A DNA stretch of 64,000 nt from Anthoceros angustus (lineage: Eukaryota; Plantae; Anthocerotophyta): positions 806,001-870,000 of the forward strand of contig MU008174.1 in the NCBI GenBank assembly GCA_010909165.1, read 5' to 3'. Below are positions 1 to 10,479 of this stretch, in pieces (the first letter of the stretch is position 1; each line of letters starts with the position of its first letter). A program made the translations under genes and the position numbers. The notes under the pieces were generated by a model, which saw nothing but the letters and a program-made list of their open reading frames with translations, was not told the origin of the DNA and searched no databases.

Positions 1-321
1 TGTGATTCTCTTCCCGCATGACAATCCATGGAGACAAAAGAACGACAGAGCTTGTGATTCTTCGAGCCTGGCAGCAGTGATATGCAGAAGAGCTTCTCGG
101 AGTTCCACTTGCTGACAGTAGCAGAGAAGACTGAAGGCATGTTGCCGGATACAAGCCAGCCAGTTCAGCTCCTTTAGCCCTGGCAGTGTTTCCGCTCCTC
201 AACCCTGTGCCATCTCATAGATACACCTACTGCAAACACCCAGACCACTGCCATGTTCATCAGGGTCGATGGCTCAATTTGACCTTTGTGGAAGTAACAT
301 GAAAGACAGCAGGCCGGCCCG

Positions 322-843
322 CTAATTGCTAGGCAGTTGATCAGCTTCTTTAGCCCTCGCAGCCTTCCGCCCCTGAACCCTGTAGAATATCTCACACACA
401 GCACCTACGAACACCGAAAAGCATCCCCATTTTCGTCAGGATCGGTATTATTTTCATTTCCTCTCCGCAGAGCAATGACCTAACACCACATGAATGATAA
501 GACAGATCCAGACTTTCTCCACTGACATCAGCGCGCAACCCTCACCTGCTGCCACGGATAGGACGAGCACGTCTCCGAATGTCTTCATGGCGCTGACAGT
601 CGTCTTCGTAGATTTGTAGGGATCCAGATAAGGATCGTTATCCAGAAGCTGCAAACATGGATCACAATGCGTGAGGATGCAAGGCGGGTAAACGTGATTA
701 GACCGTGAGGATAAAATCGAATCAGAGCTCGCAATTGGACGCACAATCCGCTCCCTCGCGCCTGCTTCCTCTGACAGTCTGCGGACATGAGCTGGTGGAG
801 CAATGGATGTCCTCCGAGCCACAAGCGCCCGTACACCCTGCAT
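322..843 (-). CDS. SDH7: Succinate dehydrogenase subunit 7 (plant-specific complex II accessory subunit), 3 exons, 94 aa
   Basis: Manual splicing of 843-745, 648-546 and 404-322 via GT-AG introns gives MQGVRALVARR...AGARERILLDNDPYLDPYKSTKTTVSAMKTFGDVLVLSVAAGAVCEIFYRVQGRK. This is collinear with the remembered angiosperm SDH7 core (REKALLAED..L..FKS.K..V..LK.IGDVL.VVVVAGCCYEIY). The N-terminus is R/A/S-rich like a mitochondrial presequence. Confidence 0.8.
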
Positions 844-957
844 CCTGACAAGCGCCACTTTCTCCCACGAGGTTTGCAACGAGTGCGCGTGAAAATTTAA
901 AATACTACATTAGTTTTACACGTTAACAATATCTTTCCCTTACGTTATGAGCACAAA

Positions 958-1029
958 GTGGCTGTAGTTTAGTGGTAAGAATTCCACGTTGTGGCCGTGG
1001 AGACCTGGGCTCGAATCCCAGCAGCCACA
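958..1029 (+). tRNA. tRNA-His(GUG), nuclear type
   Basis: Acceptor stem GTGGCTG/CAGCCAC, A-box TAGTTTAGTGG, anticodon loop TTGTGGC, T-loop TTCGAATC. A T5 run lies about 50 nt downstream. Confidence 0.96.
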
Positions 1030-1164
1030 GTTGGGATCAAGAGGTGACATTCTGTCAGGCGACGCGTTCCCTTTCAGTTTTTCGAAACGTGGGTTTTGGC
1101 AGGAATCCCAATGTCTTCAAATGGTGTGTGCGCGGTGCTAGGTCTTTCGAATTGGTTGGAGCTG

Positions 1165-2263
1165 GTAGGAATTGTGAGCGTGATCTTGAATCAGACGCAG
1201 TTGCCGCAGAGGGAGGCGTGATTGGTTGAGATGCTGCATTCAGGAGCCGAGACAGTTATGCCACATTTGAAGGCAGTTTGCTTTCTACGGTCTAGTGCTG
1301 ACAATGTTCAGCTTCTGAGGAATCCGCTGTTTGGAGAGTGTCACCTTTGTGAGTGTCGTGGATCGCCTGTGTTCATCTCTGTCTTCATGTTGCTGCATTG
1401 TTGTTTTTTTGTCGTGGATCGCCTGTGTTGATCTCTGTCTTCATGTTGCTGCATTGTTGTTTTTTTGTCGTGGATCGCCTGTGTTGATCTCTGTCTTCAT
1501 GTTGCTGCATTGTTGTTTTTCTGTTCTCATGACGAATGTTTGCTGATTGTCCATCCAGATCATTTAAATCCGACTCTCCGAACTGTCTGCAGACACTAAC
1601 GTATGAAACTGAGAGTGGCTTGGACTTCAGACTACCTGATATTCGTCCTGTGTTTTTGATCAATTTGATCATGGATAGACGGGACGATCCAGTGACACCT
1701 ATTCTGAACCAGTGAATTTATCAGGTTCTGATAGGCATTCAAGACAAAAGAGTGGACTTGAAGGTTTCTGCTGATCACAGCTATGCCCTAAGATCACTAG
1801 GCATCTAATTCTGGTCTGTGTGAATAATCCTTTTCTCTCCACTAACAGGCTGATCTTTGTTTTCAGGAAGTCGTTTCATCATGGGAGGAAGATTCCTTTC
1901 TCAAGTCAAATACGTACGAGAACTTCGGTGATCTTGTAGCCATAAAGAAGACGGTTGATAAATTTCAGTACACCTCTAAAAGCAACCAGAAGGTGCAGTC
2001 ACTGGGTACACTTCCTATTGCCATGATTTTGAAGCTTCATTCTAGGTTCAGTGGGTCTCCGTGACGCATGTGTTCTGATGGATGCTGGATGCAGATGACA
2101 CGGTTGGCATTGTGGAAAACTATTCCGCGTATCGAAAAATGCAGGGCGACGTATCCAAACACGTGAGACTATGATCGAATTGTGGGTCATAGGCAACCGG
2201 CGTCTATTTCACTAACACTGGAAGAACTTGCGCGCAATCCTGACTGAAATGCAAGTCTGAAAG
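1165..2263 (+). pseudogene. VPS45: Unprocessed, truncated VPS45 (Sec1/Munc18 family) pseudogene
   Basis: Exon remnants read HLKAVCFLRSSADNVQLLRNPLFGECHL, DRRDDPVTPILNQ*IYQ, EVVSSWEEDSFLKSNTYENFGD and ENYSAYRKMQGDVSKHV, all matching VPS45 motifs. In-frame TGA at 1219-1221 and 1713-1715, a frameshift near 2170, several exons missing, splice sites retained. Confidence 0.85.
1355..1520. repeat. 3 x 56-bp tandem repeat inside a VPS45 pseudogene intron
   Basis: Unit GTCGTGGATCGCCTGTGTTGATCTCTGTCTTCATGTTGCTGCATTGTTGTTTTTTT starts at 1355, 1411 and 1467. The intron donor GTGAGT is at 1349. Confidence 0.95.
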
Positions 2264-3594
2264 GTAGCCGTGAGGAGGCATCTCGGATGGACCACAAAAG
2301 CTACCGTTGTTTGTGATGAGGCTGGATGAAGTCTGGACTGCGATTGGTGGAATTGATGTTCCCCGGCGCGCAGTTCCGAGTCGGCCCATTGGGCGTGCCT
2401 GTGTGTCCCACCACCCACCCACCTTTACGACCAGACCAGGACGCTGCAACTGGACAAGCCAATCCCCTTGTCCGATAGCGGCCTCTCCTAATTGGTGATG
2501 TGTTTTGGCCTGATACTTCCATCCCCGCAGCTCGTGAAACACCCGTTGGTAAAACAGCGCTGATGTTCCCCCCTTTCTGTGGGTGCACTCTCTTCTGGTC
2601 ATGCCTATCCACCGACATCGGAGTCTGCATTATTGTACTTTGGGAAACTTCTGCTCTCTTCTCTCCAGGTCCCAGGTCTGCAAAGTGCAGATACACTTTT
2701 ACATTACATGTGATTACTGAACGCGATAATCCGCCTTTTCTTGTGTTCTTAGTTTCTCACTCATTTGGCTGTACTTTCATCGCTGTGCAGTAAGTTGGCG
2801 AGGCCTCCATTCACAAACTAACTGATGTGAACAAAGCTGGTGTATTTGGCTCCATCGTTTTCCCACAAGATTGTGGATATTTTGGTCTGCGTTGGTATGA
2901 AGTTTTGCTCGTAGAAATTGCAGTATACAGTCATACATTTGAGGATGCTCCACCTAGCACACAAAGTGAGATATTGTGAATGCTCCACCTAACCCACTTG
3001 AGATTTCCTCATTGAATGACCACAAAAGAACAAAGTACTTAGTAAATGGGCTCAAATTTATGCTTCATCACAAGCAAGGATGGATATGAATAGAAATTTG
3101 ATATTATTATTAATAACCAAATAATAATTCGAGTTATAAATAAAATATTAAAAACGAAAAGCTACTATAAATGGCGGCCGACATGTGAGGTAGTGGGTCA
3201 TGTTGACATATGCCGGATGGATACTTCACCTGAGCGTGGCCACCGGATTAACTTGTGTACGAGGTTGTACAAAACGGTTGGTGAAATGAAGTGGATGATA
3301 GAAGTATGGACAAGAGGAAACGAGGCTGACCCAGGTCCAGATAGCCGTTTCTTTCTTCGGTCCCCGTGTCCAAGTGGCAGGAAATTCAGAGGTTTATCTG
3401 GCCATGAAACACATGAATGTGTGCGAAAGCTATGGAAGGCTAGAAATGGAGATGGAAGCAGATAGCTTTGAGGCTGCTTGTGAGCCTCAAGCTTTCTCGT
3501 ACTTCATCGCACTCTAAAGAGTTTAACATCCCGGCTAGGCACTTACCCCGCGGTGTGAGGGAGTAGGAAGGAGTGTGGGAGAGGGAGGCAAGAC

Positions 3595-5193
3595 ATGGCC
3601 GCAGCAGCCGGTAAGTAGCCTGCAGGCAGCTGTGGTGGAAGCAGTGGTGGGCGCAATGTTTCTGATCCCGCATTGTGGGTGCAGGGCTTGCGCTTCCTTG
3701 CAGGTCCGCCCTGGAATATGGCGGGTCGGGGTCGGGGTCGGCGTCGGGCGCCAGGCAGGCCAAGGCGGGGTCCGTGGTCTTCCTCGGGGACGCGGAAGGC
3801 CTGTTGCGGGCCAAGGTCGCTGCCTGCATTCTGAGGAGCAAGAAGGTGGGCAGTAGAGTTCTTGTCTCCCGGGCGTTGCTGAATCCTGTGGAGGCAGACC
3901 AGCAGAAGGAGGATGCGAGGCTGTACAGGAGGACGGTCTACGACCACGAGCAGTGGCGTCGGCACCGCAGCAGCACGCGCCATGCCCGCCACATTTTCTC
4001 CATCGCTTCCTCCAGGGTGATACTCTCGCTGGGTCCCCCGGTGTACAGCATCACCGTCTTCGCTGCCGCCGTTGCGGCCTACAACGAGCTTATTTCGGAC
4101 AAGCTCCTCCCGCTGCCGGATTGGCTGCCCATTCTGCACATCTCGCCGCTGCCCATCCAGTTGTCGGCCCCGGCTCTGGCCCTGCTGCTGGTCTTCCGGA
4201 CCAACTCCTCTTACGGCAGGTTCGACGAGGCCCGGAAGATCTGGGGGTCTAATGTGAACAGGACGAGGGACATTGCGCGGCAGGCCTTGTCCTGGATCGA
4301 TGCTCCTGAAGACGCCGGCAAGCTGAAGGAGTTTCTGCGCTATTTGGTGAGTAGGGATGGAATGGCTGTCAGTGTGGTGGCTTGGAAGTTAGTGGGTGAC
4401 TCTGATGCTGTGGGCGGGGTGCGTGTTGCAGATAGCGTACCCGTATTGCCTGAAGGATCACCTTGTCCAGGAGGATGATCTGCGGAAGGAGCTTGCTCCT
4501 GTTCTCCAGAAGAACGAGCTCGACAAGTTGCTGGCCTCCTCTCATCGACCTAACCATGCTGTGCAGATGATGTCGGACACTCTTGCCAAATGCCACTTGT
4601 CGGATATCAACAGGTCTTCCATGGTGAGTTCGGCTCCAAGAGAACTCTAGGTGTGGAAGGCATTCCGTTTGCTCACCTTCTCATTCCTTGCTGTGCATGA
4701 ACCTGCTGCAGGACCACAACTTGACCCAGTTCCACGACAACACGGGGGCGTGCGAACGTATCTTCAAGACCCCAATTCCTGTGTCCTACACACGGCTTAC
4801 ATCCCGTTTCCTGGTTCTCTGGCACATTGTTATGCCTTTCTGCCTCTGGGATTCTTGCCGGCTGCTGCTGATCCCCGCAACCTTCGCTAGCGCAGCGGCC
4901 TTGCTGTGCATTGACGAGGTGAGCATTCCCATCTTTCAGTGCTGCGGTGACCAATTTGAAATGCAATGGCGTTCCCAGTTGTTCATGCGTCCTATAACGC
5001 ATTCGCATCCAATGGTCTGCAGGTTGGTGTTCTGATCGAAGAGCCGTTCTCAATTCTCGCGCTGCCAGCACTGTGCCAGGGTATGCACAAGGGTATTGAG
5101 GGCCTTCTCATGTCGCATGCGGACTGGCCTTCCCTCAGATCCGCCGGTGAGAGAGTTCCAGTTGGAGTGCAGACTGTGAATGGCGTTAAGTAG
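3595..5193 (+). CDS. Chloroplast bestrophin-like / UPF0187 voltage-dependent chloride channel (VCCN-like), 5 exons
   Basis: Exons 3595-3610, 3685-4346, 4432-4623, 4712-4918 and 5023-5193 join in phase. Motifs ALALLLVFRTNSSYGRFDEARKIWG, CERIFKTPIPVSYTRLTSRFL and IDEVGVLIEEPF; transit-peptide-like N-terminus. Confidence 0.93.
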
Positions 5194-5916
5194 ATCACTT
5201 TAGTGTGCAAATTAGGTGAAGCAACAGTGCATCCCACCGAACCGGGCTGGGAACTTGAAGGATTGCCCAGGAGGATGAAATAGAGCGAGAGCCATATATC
5301 CATGAGTGTGGTGAAACATGTATTGTCGTGAGCCAACACACATGAAAGTACAGGTGAGACATGTTATGGCTTCTCCAGAAAGTTCCACTTGAGTCCTTCA
5401 TATTCGATAGCGCTGCGAGCAAATTGATTGCTGTTTTCGCGGCTACAGCAAGCCCTGCAAAGAAATCCTTGTTCTCAGTACAACAATTTGTTCTAATTTT
5501 TGTACATCTGCCTGCCGGGTGCAGGAAAGAATTTCCGTCCACCCAGTTTTTGTGGATACAATAAAAGCTCACACACCCCTGCTCGCTAAGATAACAAGAA
5601 TCACCAGACGACAGAATATGCGGAAGATAAGATGCTCCTAGATGTCACCACAGCCCTTCGTTCACTGCCGTAGGATGCCAATGAATGGCCAGCTGCCTGG
5701 TCCCCATTGCTCAGGAAAGGCTGCAGTGAGACTCTGCAAGCTGTTTATCCATCTATCTATCCATGTATCTTTTCCATATATCCATGTACTCCACAGAGAT
5801 ACTAAAGCTTATTCCTGCAAGATTCCACTACAGTCCGTCAGATGAAGTTGCTCAAAACCAAGTCCCCACACTGGAAATGAAGATACCATGTACTATCTCA
5901 ACTGGGGCAACAGAGA

Positions 5917-6603
5917 TCACAATAATCTACACAACAGACAAACAGAAGCTCCCAACAAACGATGCAAATTGCAGCATCGGCAACAGCCATCAGGATCCGC
6001 AAAGAAGGGTTTGCACTCAACCACGAAAGACTGATGAGGAGGAGGAATCAAGCGTCCTCCAGCATAGCTGTTGTATCCAGCAGCCTCCCTATACTTGAGC
6101 TCCCTGTGCTCCTGGCAAATGGCGCAGTACCAGCAGAAGTAGTGCACCAGACAGTCAGGCAAGGGCCGGCTGGGAAGGTTGTACTTCCTCCTCAGCTTCT
6201 GCCGGTATGCGGTCGAATAGAGGCAGCCGCAGGTGGTGAACTGCTGCAGCACGTACCACACCAGAGCTGCCGTAGTGCAGGACGTCTCGCCATCATCCAG
6301 CCGCTCTGCCACTCTCCCAAAGGCAATACAAGGGCAGATGAGCGTGAACAAGCAATTGCAAGGATCCATCATGCAGCCGCACAGGTCTGTGATCCATTCC
6401 CTGCTCTGGAGGTACTCCGGAGGCCGCGTGTAAGTCACAGGATGGCCAGAGGCCGGGGTTCCATATGCCTGGTAAGACGGACGAGACCCGGGCGCGTGCT
6501 GCCCTTGCTGCTGCGCCAGCCATGGTGAACGGTGCTGTGCCACAGGCGTCCCATATGCTGGAGCCTGGTAGTGAGGATATCCTGGAGCAGGCTCTTCCGC
6601 CAT
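5917..6603 (-). CDS. PLAC8-family protein (PCR/CNR/FW2.2-like), single long ORF
   Basis: WITDLCGCMMDPCNCLFTLICPCIAFG, YRQKLRRKYNL and DCLVHYFCWYCAICQEHRELK are PLAC8 motifs. The N-terminus is Pro/Tyr/Gln-rich. The exact 3' end is uncertain. Confidence 0.9.
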   Translation of the reverse strand: MAEEPAPGYPHYQAPAYGTPVAQHRSPWLAQQQGQHAPGSRPSYQAYGTPASGHPVTYTRPPEYLQSREWITDLCGCMMDPCNCLFTLICPCIAFGRVAERLDDGETSCTTAALVWYVLQQFTTCGCLYSTAYRQKLRRKYNLPSRPLPDCLVHYFCWYCAICQEHRELKYREAAGYNSYAGGRLIPPPHQSFVVECKPFFADPDGCCRCCNLHRLLGASVCLLCRLL

Positions 6604-6733
6604 AGCTTCACCAATCCGACGCCGTCCCTGCCTAGCAACGTAACGGCACGAACCACAGCCAAAACCTTCTCCGATCCACCACTTTCAGCTCACCTGCAGA
6701 TGCAAAGATAGCGCAGCGAGCAAGTCCGCTTCT

Positions 6734-7273
6734 TTACCGTGGAAAGTGATCCGAACTGGTAAAGCGAGGGTAACCTGGTAACAGTAGGGCTGGCTGGACA
6801 GCGCTGACATGTGCCACTCCGATGTCCAGTTGAAGGGATGCTGTAGCAGTCTGGCCAATGGACCTCACTTCCCCAGGATGCAATTCATGGAGCGCTGCAA
6901 GGGATCCTGATGTCCAGCACATGGTTGCATTAGGCTTAATCGATTGGAGCCATGTTTTCCATGTTTGCAGGAGCCGCACAGGATGTGCGCAAGGTGCTGA
7001 AGAAGTCGGTGCTGCCTTGCCCCTGATGCGGGGCACGGGCCAATATGGTGGAGTATGAGACTGTGTTTCGGTTGTTCTTTGCTGCCGGTGCTCCGGGTAG
7101 AGGGCAAGAATCCTGCCATATACTGCCCTAATTGCCATCTGCTGCTGCCATGGAACCAGTACAAGGTCATCAGACAGCAGAGTGCCAAGCGGTTGGGGCA
7201 AATCGGATTCCAAGGTGCGCACTTCCTCCAGGTCTGTTGAACAGACTGAGTGCTGGTCATGCTCGGCACCCAC
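6734..7273 (-). pseudogene. Possible heavily frameshifted 2OG-Fe(II) oxygenase relic
   Basis: Motif-like remnants occur in the expected order but across three frames: LILHHIGPCP, GSTDFFSTL (HTDF-like), LQTWKTWLQSIKPNA, DPLQ, YSIP, PGYPRFTSSD. Confidence 0.35.
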
Positions 7274-7679
7274 TCAGCGGATCACAAGTACTGTCCCAGA
7301 TGCGGAGTCGTGCAGTAGAAGTCTCTCCTCTGTCAGGTTGTTGTTCACTTGTTTTCCGATCCCAGGCAGAGTGATAAGGGTCCGGCCTTGCATTCCTGAC
7401 TTGTTATCATGTTGGATTTTCAGGCTTTCTAGGACCTCTGCTCTCCCTATTTCCTTATCTAAATTTACGTTTAACCACAGCACCTCGCCTTAGCAGTGCA
7501 GAAGGGGGCACCAAGATTTTCTTCAATTCTTGGACATATTATTTTTATCACTCCAGCATGATTTTTCTTGATCCTGCCATCCATAGCATGGATGTTCACA
7601 TTTCTTCGATGTCATTATTCTACTCTATGGACTCTCTCAAGTCGTAAAAAAATTTGTGGAGACGATGTCTCCAACTCCG

Positions 7680-7890
7680 GGAGGCTGTATAACCTTACAA
7701 ACTCAATATCCCCACTAAGCGGTGGGGCCCACCATCGGCAATTAGCCCAACCTAAGCGCCCTTCAGTTCCGCTGTCCATCTGCGCTCATCAACAAGCCCA
7801 TTCCATAGCATTTCTTTCCCATGCCATGTGGCCTACACCCTTATACCCTTAGTCACCATGAGGCCCTCATGGCTCCGGCCGCGGGGCTTT
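7680..7890 (+). repeat. Dispersed repeat family 'R', copy A
   Basis: Shares GAGGCT..AACCTTACAA.CTCAAT, GCGGTGGGGCCC, GCGCCCTTC.GTTCC.CTGT and TCAACAA with 31500-31695 (minus strand) and in part with 30170-30290. Confidence 0.75.
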
Positions 7891-8060
7891 AAGAAGAAGA
7901 AGAAGAATTTTATTTAAGTCCACTAAGGACGGATTTCCGTCATGGGACTTGGTACTTAACAACTTGTACCATGGTGTGCCTAAGCTACTTGCACCAAGGG
8001 CATCCACTCCCTTTAGGCACCCCATCTAAGTACCCTTTAAGCACCCCATCTAAGTACCGA
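7891..8060 (-). mobile_element. Minus-strand 3' terminus of a LINE-related element with a (TTC)n tail
   Basis: Reverse complement reads GTCCCATGACGG..CCTTAGTGGACTTAAATAAAA(TTC)5, matching the 3' ends at 8710-8771 and 31355-31400. A 24-bp duplication lies at 8009/8033, and a related segment recurs near 13680. Confidence 0.6.
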
Positions 8061-8229
8061 TCCAAGCTCAGGATGCTTAATCACGGCGTACTTATAAATG
8101 TGTGTCCATTTGGCCTAAGCCATTTGGACAACACGATTAAAACCTTATATATTCATAAGTTTAGAGTTTACTTTCAACCTAAACTCATTGCTTTGAAATG
8201 GACGCCTTCATGTAACATAGTGGTGGGTG

Positions 8230-8771
8230 ATCTTCGTTGGTTTCCCTGCCCTGCTACCTTAGTTCTCCTCTCTCCTTCAAACTCAGTGCACTCATTGGAC
8301 AATTTCATATTAGCTTTCATCACCTTTGGATGGGAACCGAGCGCTGGCTCAAGCCCGTGCCTCCTCCAGAAGAATGGATTTGCAAGCTTGGACCCTGACC
8401 CTGAATCTGAATTGCATTTTCTCTTCTATTGTCTCGCCTATGCTAATATTGGGGCTCATTACACTCTTCTTTTTTAGTCTGCTAGTTTTTCCTTACACAG
8501 ATTCTTCTCTTCTCACATTCTTAAGCTCTCTGAACTCTGTCTCTGTGAGCTTCTTGACCATCGGCAGGCTTTATTGGACTCCTTATAGGTTTCGCCTCCT
8601 TTTTTCCTCTTTTTCCTTTTTTTTCTCATCTCAAACAATTACTGTCTTTCTAGTTCAGACGTAAGTATGTGTACTCGGTTTTTCCTCTCTTATACGTCGT
8701 ACTATCTCTGTCCCATGATGGTCCTTCCATCCCTAGCGAACATAAATAAAGTTGTTGTTGTTGTTGTTGTT
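8230..8771 (+). mobile_element. 5'-truncated non-LTR retrotransposon (LINE) 3' end with a (GTT)7 tail
   Basis: Degenerate ORF2 C-terminus YLSSPLSFKL..LIGQFHISFHHLWMGTERW..P.PPPEEWICKL / ESELHFLFYCLAYANI (H-L-x-I-E-T-G-R-W plus CCHC-type region), a pyrimidine-rich 3' UTR, AATAAA and (GTT)n at 8751-8771. Confidence 0.75.
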
Positions 8772-8774
8772 CGC

Positions 8775-9190
8775 AGTTGCTTGGGAGACGCAAGTTCGAT
8801 CCTCGCCAGTGTCCTCTTGAAGATGAACCTTAGGTAGGATGATCTTTTTAGTTGCTTTGAAATCTATTTCAAAACGGGTGATCTCTTTAGTTACTTAGGA
8901 GACGTGAATTTGATCATAAACTCCGGGTTAGGTGATATTTTTAGTTGCTTTGAAATCAAGTTTGAAACGGGTGGTCTCTTTAGTTGCTTAGGAGACGCGA
9001 ATTCGATCACTTAGAAATCGAGTTCGAAATGGGTGATCTTCGCCTATATCATATTCTTGAAATCGAGTTCAAAACTTGATCCTTGCCAACATCATATTCT
9101 TGAAATCGAGTTCAAAACTCGATCCTTACTAACGTCACATTCTTGACCACTTTTTCAATCCTTGTCAACGTCATAACCCTTTTTCGATTC
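8775..9190. repeat. Degenerate nested tandem repeats
   Basis: Units such as TTAGTTGCTTAGGAGACGCGAATTCGATC (three times) and TCATATTCTTGAAATCGAGTTCAAAACT (two to three times) recur. Confidence 0.7.
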
Positions 9191-10479
9191 CCGACAACGT
9201 GATAATCCAAATAGGACCAAATTAACTTTTTCTTTCATACGAAATGGTGCCCACAATTCTACATACTTTCTAGCAAATTCTAAGACTTCATAGATATTTC
9301 AAGGTGTACATCAAAGTTCCACACACGAAGGAATTTGACAATTCTGCTGGGAGCAAGCCAGGCACAGGAATTAGGCGGTTGCTGGTTATGCAGGGGAAAA
9401 TTGATGGGAAGTTGGGTGAAGTCGGAAGTGCTGGGCTACCCTTGGATGCTCTACTAGCACTCTCATAGAATTCAGTAGGGATTAACATTGCTGGTCTGGA
9501 ATGGATCCTATATGCAAGGGGCTTGCAGAGTGGAGAGGTCTGGTGCTCATGTTGGTTCAGACAATGATGATGACAACGATATTGAGAGCAGCCGAGGGTC
9601 TGATGACGATGATGGTGAGCCGAGCCCATGATTGCAGGGTGAGCCGATCGCAGGATATACACAGCACGAACTTGGTGAGGAGGCCCTTGAACTGTGCGAG
9701 AGAATATGGGAGCAAGGTGGAATGGTTCCGGACTCTGTGACATCCGTGTCGGTTTTGAATGCGATCTCCGGCTCTTTCTCCATCTCTGGCTCCAAGTGAT
9801 GGGCACCATGTCTCCTGTCATAAGGTGTAACAGCGAGAGCAGCTAATAACACAAACGAAGCCATTAATTGTAGATCCTTCAACGAGAGGTCCCTACTGTA
9901 CATCTTCTCTGTAGGGTGTACAACTTATACCACGCAAATGCATGATATAGACTATAATATTATCGGATACCTGGAAAATCTTTGTAAGGATTTCATGGCG
10001 AGTAGCCCCGTAAGACTAACGAGTTGCTCAAAGAACTAGTCCTATCCCAGCACCTGCCTCTTCTATTCGATGGGGCAACCAATTGGATTGTTAGCAAGGT
10101 GCAGAAGATGATCAGATGCAGGTCGGTACTCAAGAGTCAGATGGCGATAAGAATGGTGGCACTAGCAACTCTACAGGCGACTCGGATGGTGGTAGGAGTG
10201 GTAGTACCAACTCTGGAGGCGAGTCAGATGGCAATAGGAGTGGTAGTACCAACTCCAGAGGCGTTGGCAACAGAGACATATGGAAGGGGCAGACTAAGGA
10301 TTTTGATTCTAGCCTTCATCTTGCTCACTTTATCCGGCATTGCAGGAACACTGCTGGGCTATCACAAAAATATATTAGCTCATTGTTTGCCATGTTAATT
10401 TACTCTTCGTTTAAATTGGATGAAGTGAGGTATAGGAGCTTTCAAGAGTTTAAAGCTTATGAGAAAGAATGGATCAGCA

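Noticed and set aside
1219-1715. Stops in the VPS45 relic (and the TAGs in PPR leaders) being repaired by U-to-C editing
   Set aside because: PPR editing acts on organellar RNA. The TGA at 1713 replaces Trp (TGG), which U-to-C cannot restore, and frameshifts are also present.
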